A DNA stretch of 64,000 bases from Utricularia gibba (taxonomy: Eukaryota; Plantae; Magnoliophyta): contig NEEC01000013.1 of the NCBI GenBank assembly GCA_002189035.1, positions 2,790,001 to 2,854,000 on the forward strand. The letters run 5' to 3'. Below are positions 1 through 11,179 of this stretch, piece after piece. The notes beneath the pieces are model-generated. The model was not told the DNA's origin. It worked only from the letters and a program-made list of their open reading frames with translations, and made no database searches. The stretch's first letter is position 1, and every line of letters starts with the position of its first letter. Both the position numbers and the translations under genes were made by a program.

Positions 1-1070
1 TTATGGTAATATAGTTGATGAGCTACATTTATCCATTTCTGGAATATAGTATGTTTTACGATGTGTAAATTAATATATTTGAAATTGAATTGCAAATGAT
101 ATAATAAATGATGAATTTTGAAAACAAAAACGAACATTTATCGTTGGTACAACTAATATTCAAGTATCTCACGAAGCATGGACCAGTGGTCATCGATGAT
201 CAAATTGAATTATTTAAATTGCAGTGGGCTTGTAAATATTGGAATTAAAATTATTAAATTATTAGTGAACTACCTGCCACTTATTTTTTATAATAATTGA
301 CCGTACATTAAAGACTAGAATCTTATATTGTAGGAATCCTGTTGAAAAGAAAATGATTATAAAAATAAGAAAGAATTTAATAATATAAGAAGTGGCAGTG
401 GAGTAACCGTTTTGTTGTTGTTTTATTGCGGAAGTGCAAGGAACCTAGAGGGGGAAACCACGTAGCACAAAACACCAGCATCGCCACATGCCTCCACATG
501 AAAGAGTTTCGTTACTTGTAGGTCAATTATAGAGCTCGTATGGAAGAATCCCGATTGTTTTTTTGCTTCTTGTTGTATTATGGGAGTGGGTAGTGGTATC
601 AGGGAAGCAAATCTCGGACAATAAAACGGTGTGGGCTGACGGCTGTCTGGAGAAAGAAAAGGGAAGTGGAGGGCGGGGGGAAGGAAAGCTACTGTTTTTT
701 ACGCATTCGGTTACTGACTTTGGTTTTGAGGGGTTTTGGGAAGGGGAAAAGATGTTGATGGGAGTTGAGGCTGAGTTCAGTCGAGTTTGCTTCTCGTGTA
801 TGTGATGTCCATTCTTCTTTGTCCTTCCAATCAACTGTCTAGATTCCAAGCTGTTGTCCGTCCATTCATGATGAAGATAGATGATAGCCCGCCTTGTCAT
901 TAATGCGGATTTTACAATTTGGCAGATCCGTGTGGTGGGTTTTTGCATTTTTTCGAGATGTACAATGAAGATTTCTTTTTTGTTCTGTAATTAGAATGCG
1001 GGAGTGAAAGACGGCGCCTTCTGGCTCTTGTTTCTTTTCCAGATCTGCAGTTGTCTGCGTGTCTGAAGTA

Positions 1071-4000
1071 ATGGGTTCAGTGGATAAGGATTCCTGTGGC
1101 GGTATTTATCCAAGCAACCTTCATCTGAAGAGAGAACTAACTCAAATTCGCAAAGCTGCCAGAGTGTTGAGGGACCCCGGGACTTCTTGTGCTTCCGTGA
1201 AGCAGACTCCTTTTTCTTCGAAAACACTTTCCAAGCAACGTCACTATGGTTACTGCGAAGGTAGCCGTGGTTCTCGGATTGCAGGGCAAATTGAGAACAA
1301 TGATGATAACGTAGCTGATGGAAAAGGGACCTTGAGTGCGTGGGAGAAAGAGAAGAGGATCTCCCTGTGTAACTGGGAGAGGGATTTAAGGGGCAGGCAG
1401 AATGGGAAAGTATTTGATGATGGGATTAGTGAAGGGCAGGAGTTGTTTTCAGGCCGTGATGAAGAAATGGACGCGGTTAGCTTGAGTGATGCCAGGTATG
1501 GTGGTGGCAATGAGTGCAAGAGTGATACTTGGTTCAATGAGAAGTATGCTTCTATGGGACTGAAGTGTAGAGAGTCCAGTTTCACTCCTCCTGTTCGCAG
1601 AGCGATCAAGCAGAAGCCAAGAAAAAGTTGTTCTGGAGTGCGTGTGAAGCATCAGAACGTGAAAACGGAGAAGCAAAAGGCATGGAGTAGACATGGGAAA
1701 CGCAATGCGGATGGTGCGTCTTGTGTAGGTTTGCCAAGAGACGATTTTAGGAATTTGGTCTGTCAGTTGGGGGACACTGAGCAGGACTATGAGAACTATG
1801 AAGATGTGAAAAGAGAGTCTGCAACTTCACCTTTTCTAGCTGGATTCAAGAATACTGGATGGAAGCATTCCTCGATGAAATTTTTAAAGGGTCGTGGGAA
1901 GGATGATGATTCCATTTCTTTCAGTACCCCTGCACTGTCCACGAGCTCTTACCACAACAATGCAGTTGTAAATCCTTGTCCCGATTCGTGGGATGCAGCA
2001 ACAGGTTCTTTGAATGATGCTGATGATGAAGTAGATGATCAGTGGGATTTCCTGGGACGCAAGGGATGTGGTATTTCTTGCTACTGGTCCAAGAGGTCAA
2101 CCCCGAAGTCCAGAGGAGGGTATGGGAGTTGTTGCTCACCATCCCTTTCTGAGATCTTGAAAAGGAAAGGCAGCAGCATGATGTGCCTAAAGCAGCATCC
2201 CAGAAAGCATAATTGTTCACCTTTAAGTTCCACGAATAGGAGACTTCATTCTGGAACATTAGCTCAAAGCCTCGTCCCACTTCTTTCTAATGGTAACAAC
2301 AGGCGGAGGCTGTCATCATCAGATAGTGGGAGTAGCGACAATGATAGCTCGATGAATCTCAGAGAGCTTCACCTTGAAGCAATCAGCCCCTTGGATCGAA
2401 GAAGACTGTCTTCAGCTTGTAGAAATCAACAAGGTTCTGAACTACTATCTCTTTATGATCAGGTTGATGATGAAAATACAAGAAGCTTGAGCCATAAATA
2501 TAGACCTATTCTTTTTGATGAATTAGTTGGGCAGAATATAGTTGTTCATTCACTAAGGACTGCAGTTTCAAGGGGCAGAATCGCCTCGGTTTATCTTTTT
2601 CATGGTCCCCGGGGACAGGGAAATCTTCAACAGCAAGAGTGTTTGCTGCCGCACTAAATTGCCTTGCCATTGAAGGGGCAAAGCCTTGTGGGGTGTGCAG
2701 GGCATGTAAAAACTTTGTATCTGGTAAGAGCAGCTACCTGTTAGAAGCTGATGGATGCAACAGAAAAGGAATCAGCAACATGAGGAATCATATGAAAAGC
2801 CTCTTGGCTGCTCATCCATCATCTTTTAAAGATTTCAAGGTTTTTGTTATTGAGGAATGCCATTTGTTGCCGTCAAAGGCATGGCTGTCGTTTCTTCATC
2901 TTCTGGAAAAACCATTTCCTCGTGTTGTTTTCATATTCATTACAACAGATGCTGATAGTATACCACAGAGTATATTGTCCCGCTGCCAAAGACATCTTTT
3001 CAGCAAAATTGCTACTGGTGAAATAATAGCTCGTCTAATGAAGATATCTGCCAGTGAGAACTTGGACATAGAATCAAATGCGCTAGAGTTGATTGCTTCC
3101 AATGCAGATGGCTCCCTTCGTGATGCTGAAACCATGCTAGACCAGTTGAGTTTGCTGGGAAAGAGAATCACCATCTCCTTAGTCAATGATCTTGTGAGTT
3201 CACTTTGCCCTCTCTTTCCTTGAATTCGGTTTAGAAGAAATATTGTCCTAAATACCATGTGATTATACAATGCAGATGGGGGTGTCTCTGATGAGAAATT
3301 ACTGGAGCTGCTGGAGCTTGCCATGTCATCTAACACAACAGAAACTGTGATACGAGCGCGTGAGCTGCTGGACTCAGGTGTCGATCCTGTTGTTCTTATG
3401 TCTCAGATGGCAACTCTTATCGTAGACATGATTGCTGGAACTCGTGCTGGTGCTGTAGGAAAGTTTGGTTCTTTTTTGAATGGACAAAGCTGTAAGTAAT
3501 CCACTTGTTTGTAAATAAAAACAGAGTAACCCCTGAGTTCCATGTAAATGCTTTTGGTTTATTTCAGTGACAGAACTAGAAGTAACCAGGCTGAAGCATG
3601 CATTAGCCGTTCTCTCTGATGCAGAGAAGCACCTCAGATTTTCACCTGAGCGTTCTACTTGGTTTAAAGCTACCCTTTTGCATTTGGGTTCTCTGCCTGC
3701 ATCAGATCAAAGTCATTCAGGAAGCAGTCGAAGGCCAAGCTCGAAGGTGATCGGAGAGGACCACAGCTGTGTGCTCAGACAAGGCACCCCTTTGAACAGA
3801 AGATCTGATGCTCATTTGATAGCGGGACATTCACCTTCTCCAAACCCAACATCGGGTCCTCGGAGCTCGACCGGCAAAGATGGTGCAGTTAATACTTCTA
3901 AAAATGAGCCTGCTGAAGCAGCAACCTCTCTGCTAGATGAACGGCCAGTCTTCAAATGCATGGACTCGAAGATGTTGAGTAACATTTGGAATTGTTGCAT

Positions 4001-5053
4001 CGAGAACTGCCGTTCCAGTACACTGAGACAGCTTCTTCATGCGAATGGAAGGCTTGTGTCAATTTCTGAAATCAAAGGTGAACTCACTGATCTAAATCTT
4101 TCAGAAGTGGTTGATGGTTTTATGCATAGTTTTGTGATTTGTCATGCAGGTGGCCTTCTCGTACATATAGCATTCTCAGACAGGAACATCAGAACCAGAG
4201 CTGAAGGCTTCATTAGCAGCATCACAAACTCTTTAGAAGTTGCTTTGCAGCAAAATGTGGAGGTTAAGATCATCCTTTTACCCGAATCTCTTGTCCTGGA
4301 GCCATCCAGGGCATCGACTGGTAGAAGTTTCAATCCTGTGGAGAACCAGGAGTATTCCAGGGATGCCTGGATGGGCACTCCACAAGAGAGCAAGCCTGAC
4401 TTGCCGGATCAGCGAATCGAATCCATCATCCATGACCAGAGAATGGAAGCCACACGGCTGCAGGCAATGGAGAAGAACACACCTGGTTCTGCAGTCCGTG
4501 TCAGGCCTGAAAGGAATCAAGTCCTGCCTCAGGATAATGGGTTGGATTCGGTGACCTCAGATGTTCCCCTCCAAAAATGGAAAGGTGAGCTGGATCAGGA
4601 GATCAAAGCCTTCAGAATCAGCAACGCAGCGGTGAACCAGAAAGAACAACAAACACTCCAGAGAATCAACTGTCGCCCTCCCAAATCTCCATGTTTGTTG
4701 CAAAATAGAAGCTTGGTGAGCAATTTCAGCTTGGACAACATGTAAGTGAATAGCCCATGAAATCACAAATGTCAGAGTTTTGCAGCTAGTCTCATAGTAA
4801 CCATGTCTACAGGGGATATGAATCAGGATCAGCAAAACCACCAGGCTGTGGTGGAATATTCTGCTGGAACAACAGGAGGCCTCAAGGAAGAGTTAAGGTA
4901 AAGGCATCAACTTCATACCAAATTCAGCTTCGGTTTGATCCCACCAAACCCTCGTCGCAAATGCAGGGAAAAATGAGCAAGAACAAGAGCAGCCAGATTT
5001 CATGTTTTGGAGGGTGTGGGAAAGCAGGAAGAGACAGAGAACACCATAGATGA
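1071..5053 (+). CDS. STI: STICHEL-like protein (DNA polymerase III gamma/tau-like AAA+ domain), multi-exon; -1 frameshift at 2607-2614
   Basis: ORFs 1059-2657, 2639-3223 and 3567-4745 give the motifs LSHKYRPILFDELVGQNIVV, HGPRG(T)GKSSTARVFAAALNC, VFVIEECHLL, ADGSLRDAETMLDQLSLLG and ERSTWFKATLLHLGS. First ATG is at 1071; last exon GYESGSAKPPGCGGIFCW ends at TGA 5051-5053. Confidence 0.9.
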
Positions 5054-5796
5054 CAGCCATTTGTTCCTTAGATTGGGACTAATCCTAATCCGCCCTTTTG
5101 TTGGTTTATAAGACAAGACTCAGAAAAACTGCTTCTTTCGAGCATGTATCTTTCAGCTCGGCTGCTGGTTCCCATACATGCGAAGCATTGGATGCTCTTT
5201 TAGGTTGCTCCTTTCGGTGTCGGTGTTATCTAAATAAAGTTGTAATAAAAAAATAAAAAATAAATGTAAATACAGTATATATAATCATATATATATATAT
5301 ATATACATTAATGAATTAATTTTAAAACGGAAAAACCTCTATTTTTTGAGAATAGGAAATATGTATGTGAGTTGGGCTTGACAGGCTGGAAAAACGGGTA
5401 ATAAAATTATTTAATATCTCAATTTAATACTGGTGGAATTTTATAAAGATCCCCTCCCTCGTTAGGCATAAATTAGGGTTACCTGTGAATCTGGCTGCTG
5501 AAGCCGCCGCGTGAAGTCTTGGGGTTCTCGAAAGGACGTCAACGGCGTTTCAGCGTTCTTGCCACGGGATAGCTCCACGGCGTCGCTTCCGCAAGGCGAT
5601 TGTTGCAGCGACAAAAGGCGGTTATTGCTTTTAAGGGATTTGATTTTGAGGTAACGTATTTTCTTTTGGATTTTTTGATGGGGAGAAGTCATTTCTGTTT
5701 TTTTTTTTTGTGTTTTACATTGTTTTTCATGTTTCAGTTGAATTTGGAATTGCTGGATCAAATCATAAGGGTGCGTTCCGTTGAGGCTAGAGAGCA

Positions 5797-8700
5797 ATGG
5801 GTGCACCTGTTGTGAACGAGCTCAGTTTAGCAGATGTTGAGTTGGAGGACCATGTACGTGCTGCGCTGAAGGCTGCTGCGCAGGTATTAGTTCATGTGTT
5901 TATTGTGATCCTTATAATGTAGAGAACCATAACTTGCTAATTGTGGTTTCTACTTTCGTAGGGTAATAATGATTTTTACAATCAACTTCTGGGTGTGATG
6001 CACTCTAAGGAACGCCTTTCTGCAGAGGAGGTTGCTCTTCTTGTGGTATGTTGTTTGCCCTATAATATTTGGTAATTATGCTTTGGTCTCTGATTTCATT
6101 TTTTTATATGAGGCAGACATGTCTGAGGGCTGTTAGTGGGGCAGTTTCATCTATTGACATTGTGCATCATCACGCTCTCCTGGCTGCGGTAGTTACTGCA
6201 TTCGATTCTTACTTAAGTTCTTTCAATTTTTTATATTTGTAACTTTAATGCTTTCTGGCATATCAGGTACTCGGAATGAGTTTCTGGGATTATGGAATCG
6301 ATGTCATGGATGTGCTTGTAGAGTTCATTGTGTCACTGGTATGCATGGTGCATTAGCCATCTCCTTCCTAATCATGGCTATGACTCTAATGATATTTTTG
6401 TGTTTGGATACTGCGAATAGGCTTCGTCAAGTGGGGAATCTGTTGACTTATGCTTGGAAATGCTTGTATCCAATTTTATGCCACGTTCTGCGCGTTATTC
6501 TGAAGAGTATTTGAAGAGACCTCAAGGTTTAGCAAAGAAAGCCCAAGTCCTGGATCGGGTTCATTCTACCTTAACAAATATTGCAAATATAGTTCCATTT
6601 TCACCTGTTCGGCTTGGAATAATAGTCAAAGACAAAATGCCAAGTATTCTCCAAAAAGAACATGTGAGATCACTCCTTCCAACTCCTTATTTAATTTGTT
6701 GTCTTTTACTTATTTTATGTTATTGGAGGCCCTGGGAGGAACCCCAATTGCCCTCACTCGTACTTGTTAGTTTCCACATTCTAGGGAATGAATGCGTTGT
6801 TTTTTTTTGTTAGCTGTGTTTTCTGAAGCAGCTAATGGAACCTTACATGAGTTTATATGCGCAATAACGTTCTATGAGCCTCTTAACTTCCACCATTGGA
6901 ACATTTTTGTGAGGAATATCCTGGTTTCGGTTAGATTCTGATGTAGGGCCTGTACTCTGATGCCATGTTGTTACTAGAACATAAAAAGGAAGTTTGATTT
7001 CTTGACATTTTCTGGAATGTACTTTGTTGTTTTATATGCACATGGATCAAATGATCCACATTGTCACATTACCCGTGACAAAAAGCTTATCTTGTTTGTA
7101 TCATAGTTTATGTTTAGCCATAACAGGTCCTTGAATTGGTATCAAAAGTTAGATTGCCCAGTGACTGCCTTATGGTGGCTACTGGATGCAGATTCCGCCA
7201 GTGGATTTAATCAGAGAAGATTTTTTCAGCAGTGGGTCATGGCATGCCATGGCCCAGATGCGCTTCCCGCACCACTTTGATTATGGAAAGACTCCCAAAT
7301 ATGGGTCATGCTCCTTGGATGATTCTTTTTGAGACATCCAAGTGGGTTATGAAAAAAATGCCCCTTAGCCCCTTTCTCTTCTCTATAAAATGAGTTTCAG
7401 GTATTCTGCTGTAGTCACCTTTTGTATAGCTTGTCATATTAATCATTCAAGTGAACAGTTGTCAGTGTGAGGTTTTGTATTTCAACGTGCTGCTGGATTT
7501 AAAGGCAAGACCTTTACATCAGATTCCATGGCTGTCCCTCCCAAGCCAGAGGGATGTGCTATATTAGCGAAAATACTTCACTTTTTTAAAAATTGAATAT
7601 GGATAGAGCAATCCATAATAGACCCTTAAAATGCCCATTGACTACCCTGCTGTGACTACTTGGTTGCTCCCAAAGGTTTGAATGCCAGTGACTGCCTTGT
7701 GGTGACTGACTACTGGATGTTCCTCGTTCTCACTTTTGATTGTGGATACCCTTAAAATGGCTTTTCCTGGATGGTCGTTCTTGAGACGTCCAAGTGTTTA
7801 TGTAAAAAACTGCCCCTTTTGCCATTTCTTCTTCCTCTTTTTTCAGGTGCCATGTTGCCCTTTTTTCCCATGCATCCTTGCCTCCCACTTAAATTTTATG
7901 TGCAAATTTAAACTCTAGAGTTTATCCTTTAGTAACGCTTACAGGGCGAGCATATTGGCTTTTGTTTTCACTGATGTTACATATACAATAAATCTACATA
8001 CATTGTTATGGATGTTTTGTAGAACCCCGGCCACTTTTTGGTTCTGATTAGTGTTATAACTGAGTACTAGGATATGATATTGTTTCTTTTTTATTTGTAG
8101 TTGATGTCTATGTATGTGGAGAATATACTGATACTGGAGGGTGGTGTGATGGGAGACATTCTTGGTCGCACAGTTCTCATTGCCCTAGTTGACAGACTCA
8201 TTGACCTGGATGTAAGTGAATCAGCGTCCTAACTGGTCTGTGATTTGCGAGGTTGCTGCGGTATGAACTATGTTTTCCCTTGCAGGTAGAACTCACATGG
8301 GACGATATTCTGCAAGAAGATTTCTGCAAGGGTGTCTTTGATATGGATTTGGAGGACTTTGAGGGACATGTGGAGTATCATAATGATGATTCCTCTGAGG
8401 TTCGTTGCCTTGACTTCTTCTCAAAATGCTAGTTAAACTTTTTTGCGGAAAGGGTTAGAGACCCAAAATCCATGTTGTACATTAACAAGATGAATACTTT
8501 CCAGATGGCAAGAGAAGCATTATTTCAAAATATTTTTTGCGGAAGCAACGTAGTAGTTGCACAGAAGTTAGATAGCCTGATGGTACTTACGTTTGAGCAC
8601 CTTCAAGCCTGTTATGATTCTGGGCGTTTATCTCAGGTATAGTCTTGCATTGTGTATAGCTTCTTTGATTGCTCCTTGGAAGCTGAAATTGTTTTAATCC

Positions 8701-10205
8701 TCTAAATGCTTTAGGTGTTTGACACCCTCATTCTGTCATTTAAGAAGACCATACTGACAGCCTATAAATCTAAGTTTGCCCAGGTAACTTAGATTTCTGT
8801 GCTTCAAATCATTGTTTTTTCCTGGACTTTATGTTTTTGCTTTCGCAGTTGCTTTCTCCCCTCACTGGTTATTTACCTCCTATTTGCGCAGTTTATTATG
8901 TTCTATGCTTGCTCTCTGGATCCTGAAAATTGTGGGGAGTTCTTTGCTAATGAGGTGCTCAATATATTCTTGGGCAATGAAAACCCCGAATGGAGGTAAG
9001 AACTGTTTAATGGAGCCGGTTTTAGAACATCTTCATTCCTTGTTAAGATCCTCAAAATACTTGCCTTTTCTGTATGCTTTTTGAACTGACCTTCACTTTT
9101 TGTGTTGCAGAATGAGCGCTGTTGCCTATCTTGCTAGTTATTTATCACGGGCAAAGTTTCTCTCCGCCCATTTTGTGGCTACTATCCTAGAAAGGTTATC
9201 AATACTGCTTACTCTCCGCTCCTTCAGGATGAATGACATAAATACTGAATACCTTGTGTAATATTTACTATACCACTTTTCAGGGTGGTCGATTGGTGTT
9301 TTCAATACTGCAAGGTCCATGAGGGCAGCAGCTATCCTAAAAACCATAGTGTATTTTATGCTGGATGTCAGGTAGGTAATTATAGCTTTCCATGATTTTT
9401 GTCTGGTAAGCTAAAGATGCATGCTTTTTCATAATCTTATTTTCTAGTGTTTTTTTTCTACCTTACCTACCAAGTCTTCCCTTGCAGGCAATCATGTATG
9501 TGCTTTGCTTTCGCATGAAACAAATGCTTGTTATCCCTCGTTTTAATTCTGGGCGGCTATTAAAGCGTATCGAGGACATCTTGGGACATCCATTGAAACC
9601 CATGCAGGTAAATGCATCTAGTTATCTTGTCGACCACTTATTCCCTCTTTTTGATGCATGTTCTGGTATGACCATAACTTGGCACTGCGATGGATACCTC
9701 CCAGGTTTGCCTGCCGTCTATCGTAGAGGAATTCGTCCATCTGGCAAGGAAAGCCAGTTTATTCCCTTCCCTTGAAACCTTCGTTTGCCAGAGCCGCATG
9801 GATCTAGAAAACTGCCGGAGTTTTGGCGGAGTACAAAGGCTAGACATGTTCTTCCCATTTGACCCCTGCTTGTTGAGGAAAAGTGACAGGTTTGTTTACA
9901 TCCCACCTCCTCTAGTCTGAACCTCGCCTCAGATCCTTCTCCGGCAATGATTGACCTCATTCCTCCGTATGAACAGATACATACGCCCAAGCTACGTGTA
10001 CTGGTCGATGGTGAGAAGCAGTTACGAGGAGGACGACGATGATGAGGAAGAAGGAACCCATGCAGAAGCGGAGGAGTTACAGAGCGGGTTTGATGAATTT
10101 GAGTGCTCGCTGGATAAAATGTCCATCACACCTACACCCGGTAACGGTAGTATGCTGAAAATGCCCTCCAGGATCAGACCTTCAACAAGCCCAGAGTCAT
10201 TGTGA
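5797..10205 (+). CDS. RRN3: RNA polymerase I-specific transcription initiation factor RRN3, multi-exon
   Basis: Spliced exons read MGAPVVNELS..., VDLCLEMLVSNF, LIALVDRLIDLD|VELTWDDIL, KLDSLMVLTFEHL, SKFAQ|FIMFYACSLD, AVAYLASYLSRAKF, VFYAGCQ|AIMYVLCFR and LDMFFPFDPCLLRKSD|RYIRPSYVYW, followed by an acidic tail. All junctions are GT-AG. Confidence 0.92.
7127..7846 (+). repeat. Two diverged copies (about 7127-7400 and 7620-7846) of a hairpin-rich element inside the longest RRN3 intron
   Basis: CCAGTGACTGCCTTATGGTGG-CTACTGGATG (from 7158) matches CCAGTGACTGCCTTGTGGTGACTGACTACTGGATG (from 7685). CTTGGATG...GAGACATCCAAGTG (from 7314) matches CCTGGATG...GAGACGTCCAAGTG (from 7766). Both copies end in a pyrimidine-rich stretch followed by TTTCAG|GT (AG at 7399-7400 and 7845-7846). 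Confidence 0.8.
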
Positions 10206-11179
10206 CTGTGAATTCGCATAGCCGTCCGTAGTTGGCATCCTTGTTGTGTAGTACTACAGAACAGGCACAGGATGATGACGAGTGCGGGAACGTTGCTGGC
10301 CAATTTTGTGCCCTTTCTTACCAGCTAACAGACTTCCTGCATTACCATATGTTTCTCTTGGACATGATTCGTCGAAATCCGTGCTTTAGAATTGATTGGT
10401 TAACTGATGAGCTGAATCTGTATTGATTAATGATGATATGATGTATGTTTTATTTTATTAAATTCGAATAATCTAAATCCATTTTAAAATGGGTTTTATT
10501 GGTTCTTTCAGGAATAGAGTATTCGATTTAATTAAAAACAAATCCAAAAAGCCATACGCAAAAGGGAAGGGTGTCTTTCACATCCATTTTGTTCAATTTT
10601 TTAAAAATGGGAATTATTCGGTTTAACTAAAAATGAACCCGACACCGGAAACCCGAAATGTTACCCAAAATGGCATCTTTCACGTCCATTTTTGGACGGC
10701 ATCCCTCCACCCAGGCCTCATCTTCTTCGGATGCTCATGGGCCATTCGTGCACCTCAAAAGTCGATCAACTATTTCAAACGCATGGTGAATTAATTAAGC
10801 GGATTAAGTAGCTGGTTTGACCAATGAATTTGGGTGACGTGGCCCGACGAAGTTGGAGTTTTGTTTTGTATTGGGACTCAAGAAGGATTCTCGGTTGCAG
10901 GGGAGAAAAAGGCAAAGACTGGAGACTTTTTTCCCGGAGGGATGTTCATTTTCCAATTCAAGCTCCAGCGGATCCTTTGTCTTTTCTGCCAACGTGGTTT
11001 TTGCGTTTAATACAACTGGTATTGGGATTTGGTGTGGCAGCAAAGTGCCTGCTGGGTAACTGCATTGCCTGAAAAGTCGCTATCTTTCGAAGTTTTCGTA
11101 GGTGGGTAGTGGCCGTGGACCGTCGATGACATTGCGGGCTGCTGCCTCTTCTCTTCTGTTTAACGGTTCTCCGGTGAAG

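Noticed and set aside
523-1227. ORFs upstream of STICHEL (523-948 -, 563-805 +, 991-1227 -)
   Set aside because: Low-complexity purine/pyrimidine-rich leader sequence with no recognisable motifs; best read as the STI promoter and 5'UTR.
5288-5305. (AT)n microsatellite
   Set aside because: Short and commonplace.
10574-10695. Near-identical TCTTTCAC(A/G)TCCATTTT copies and short ORFs before MMT
   Set aside because: A 17-nt imperfect repeat in an AT-rich spacer; the ORFs show no coding signature or homology I can support.
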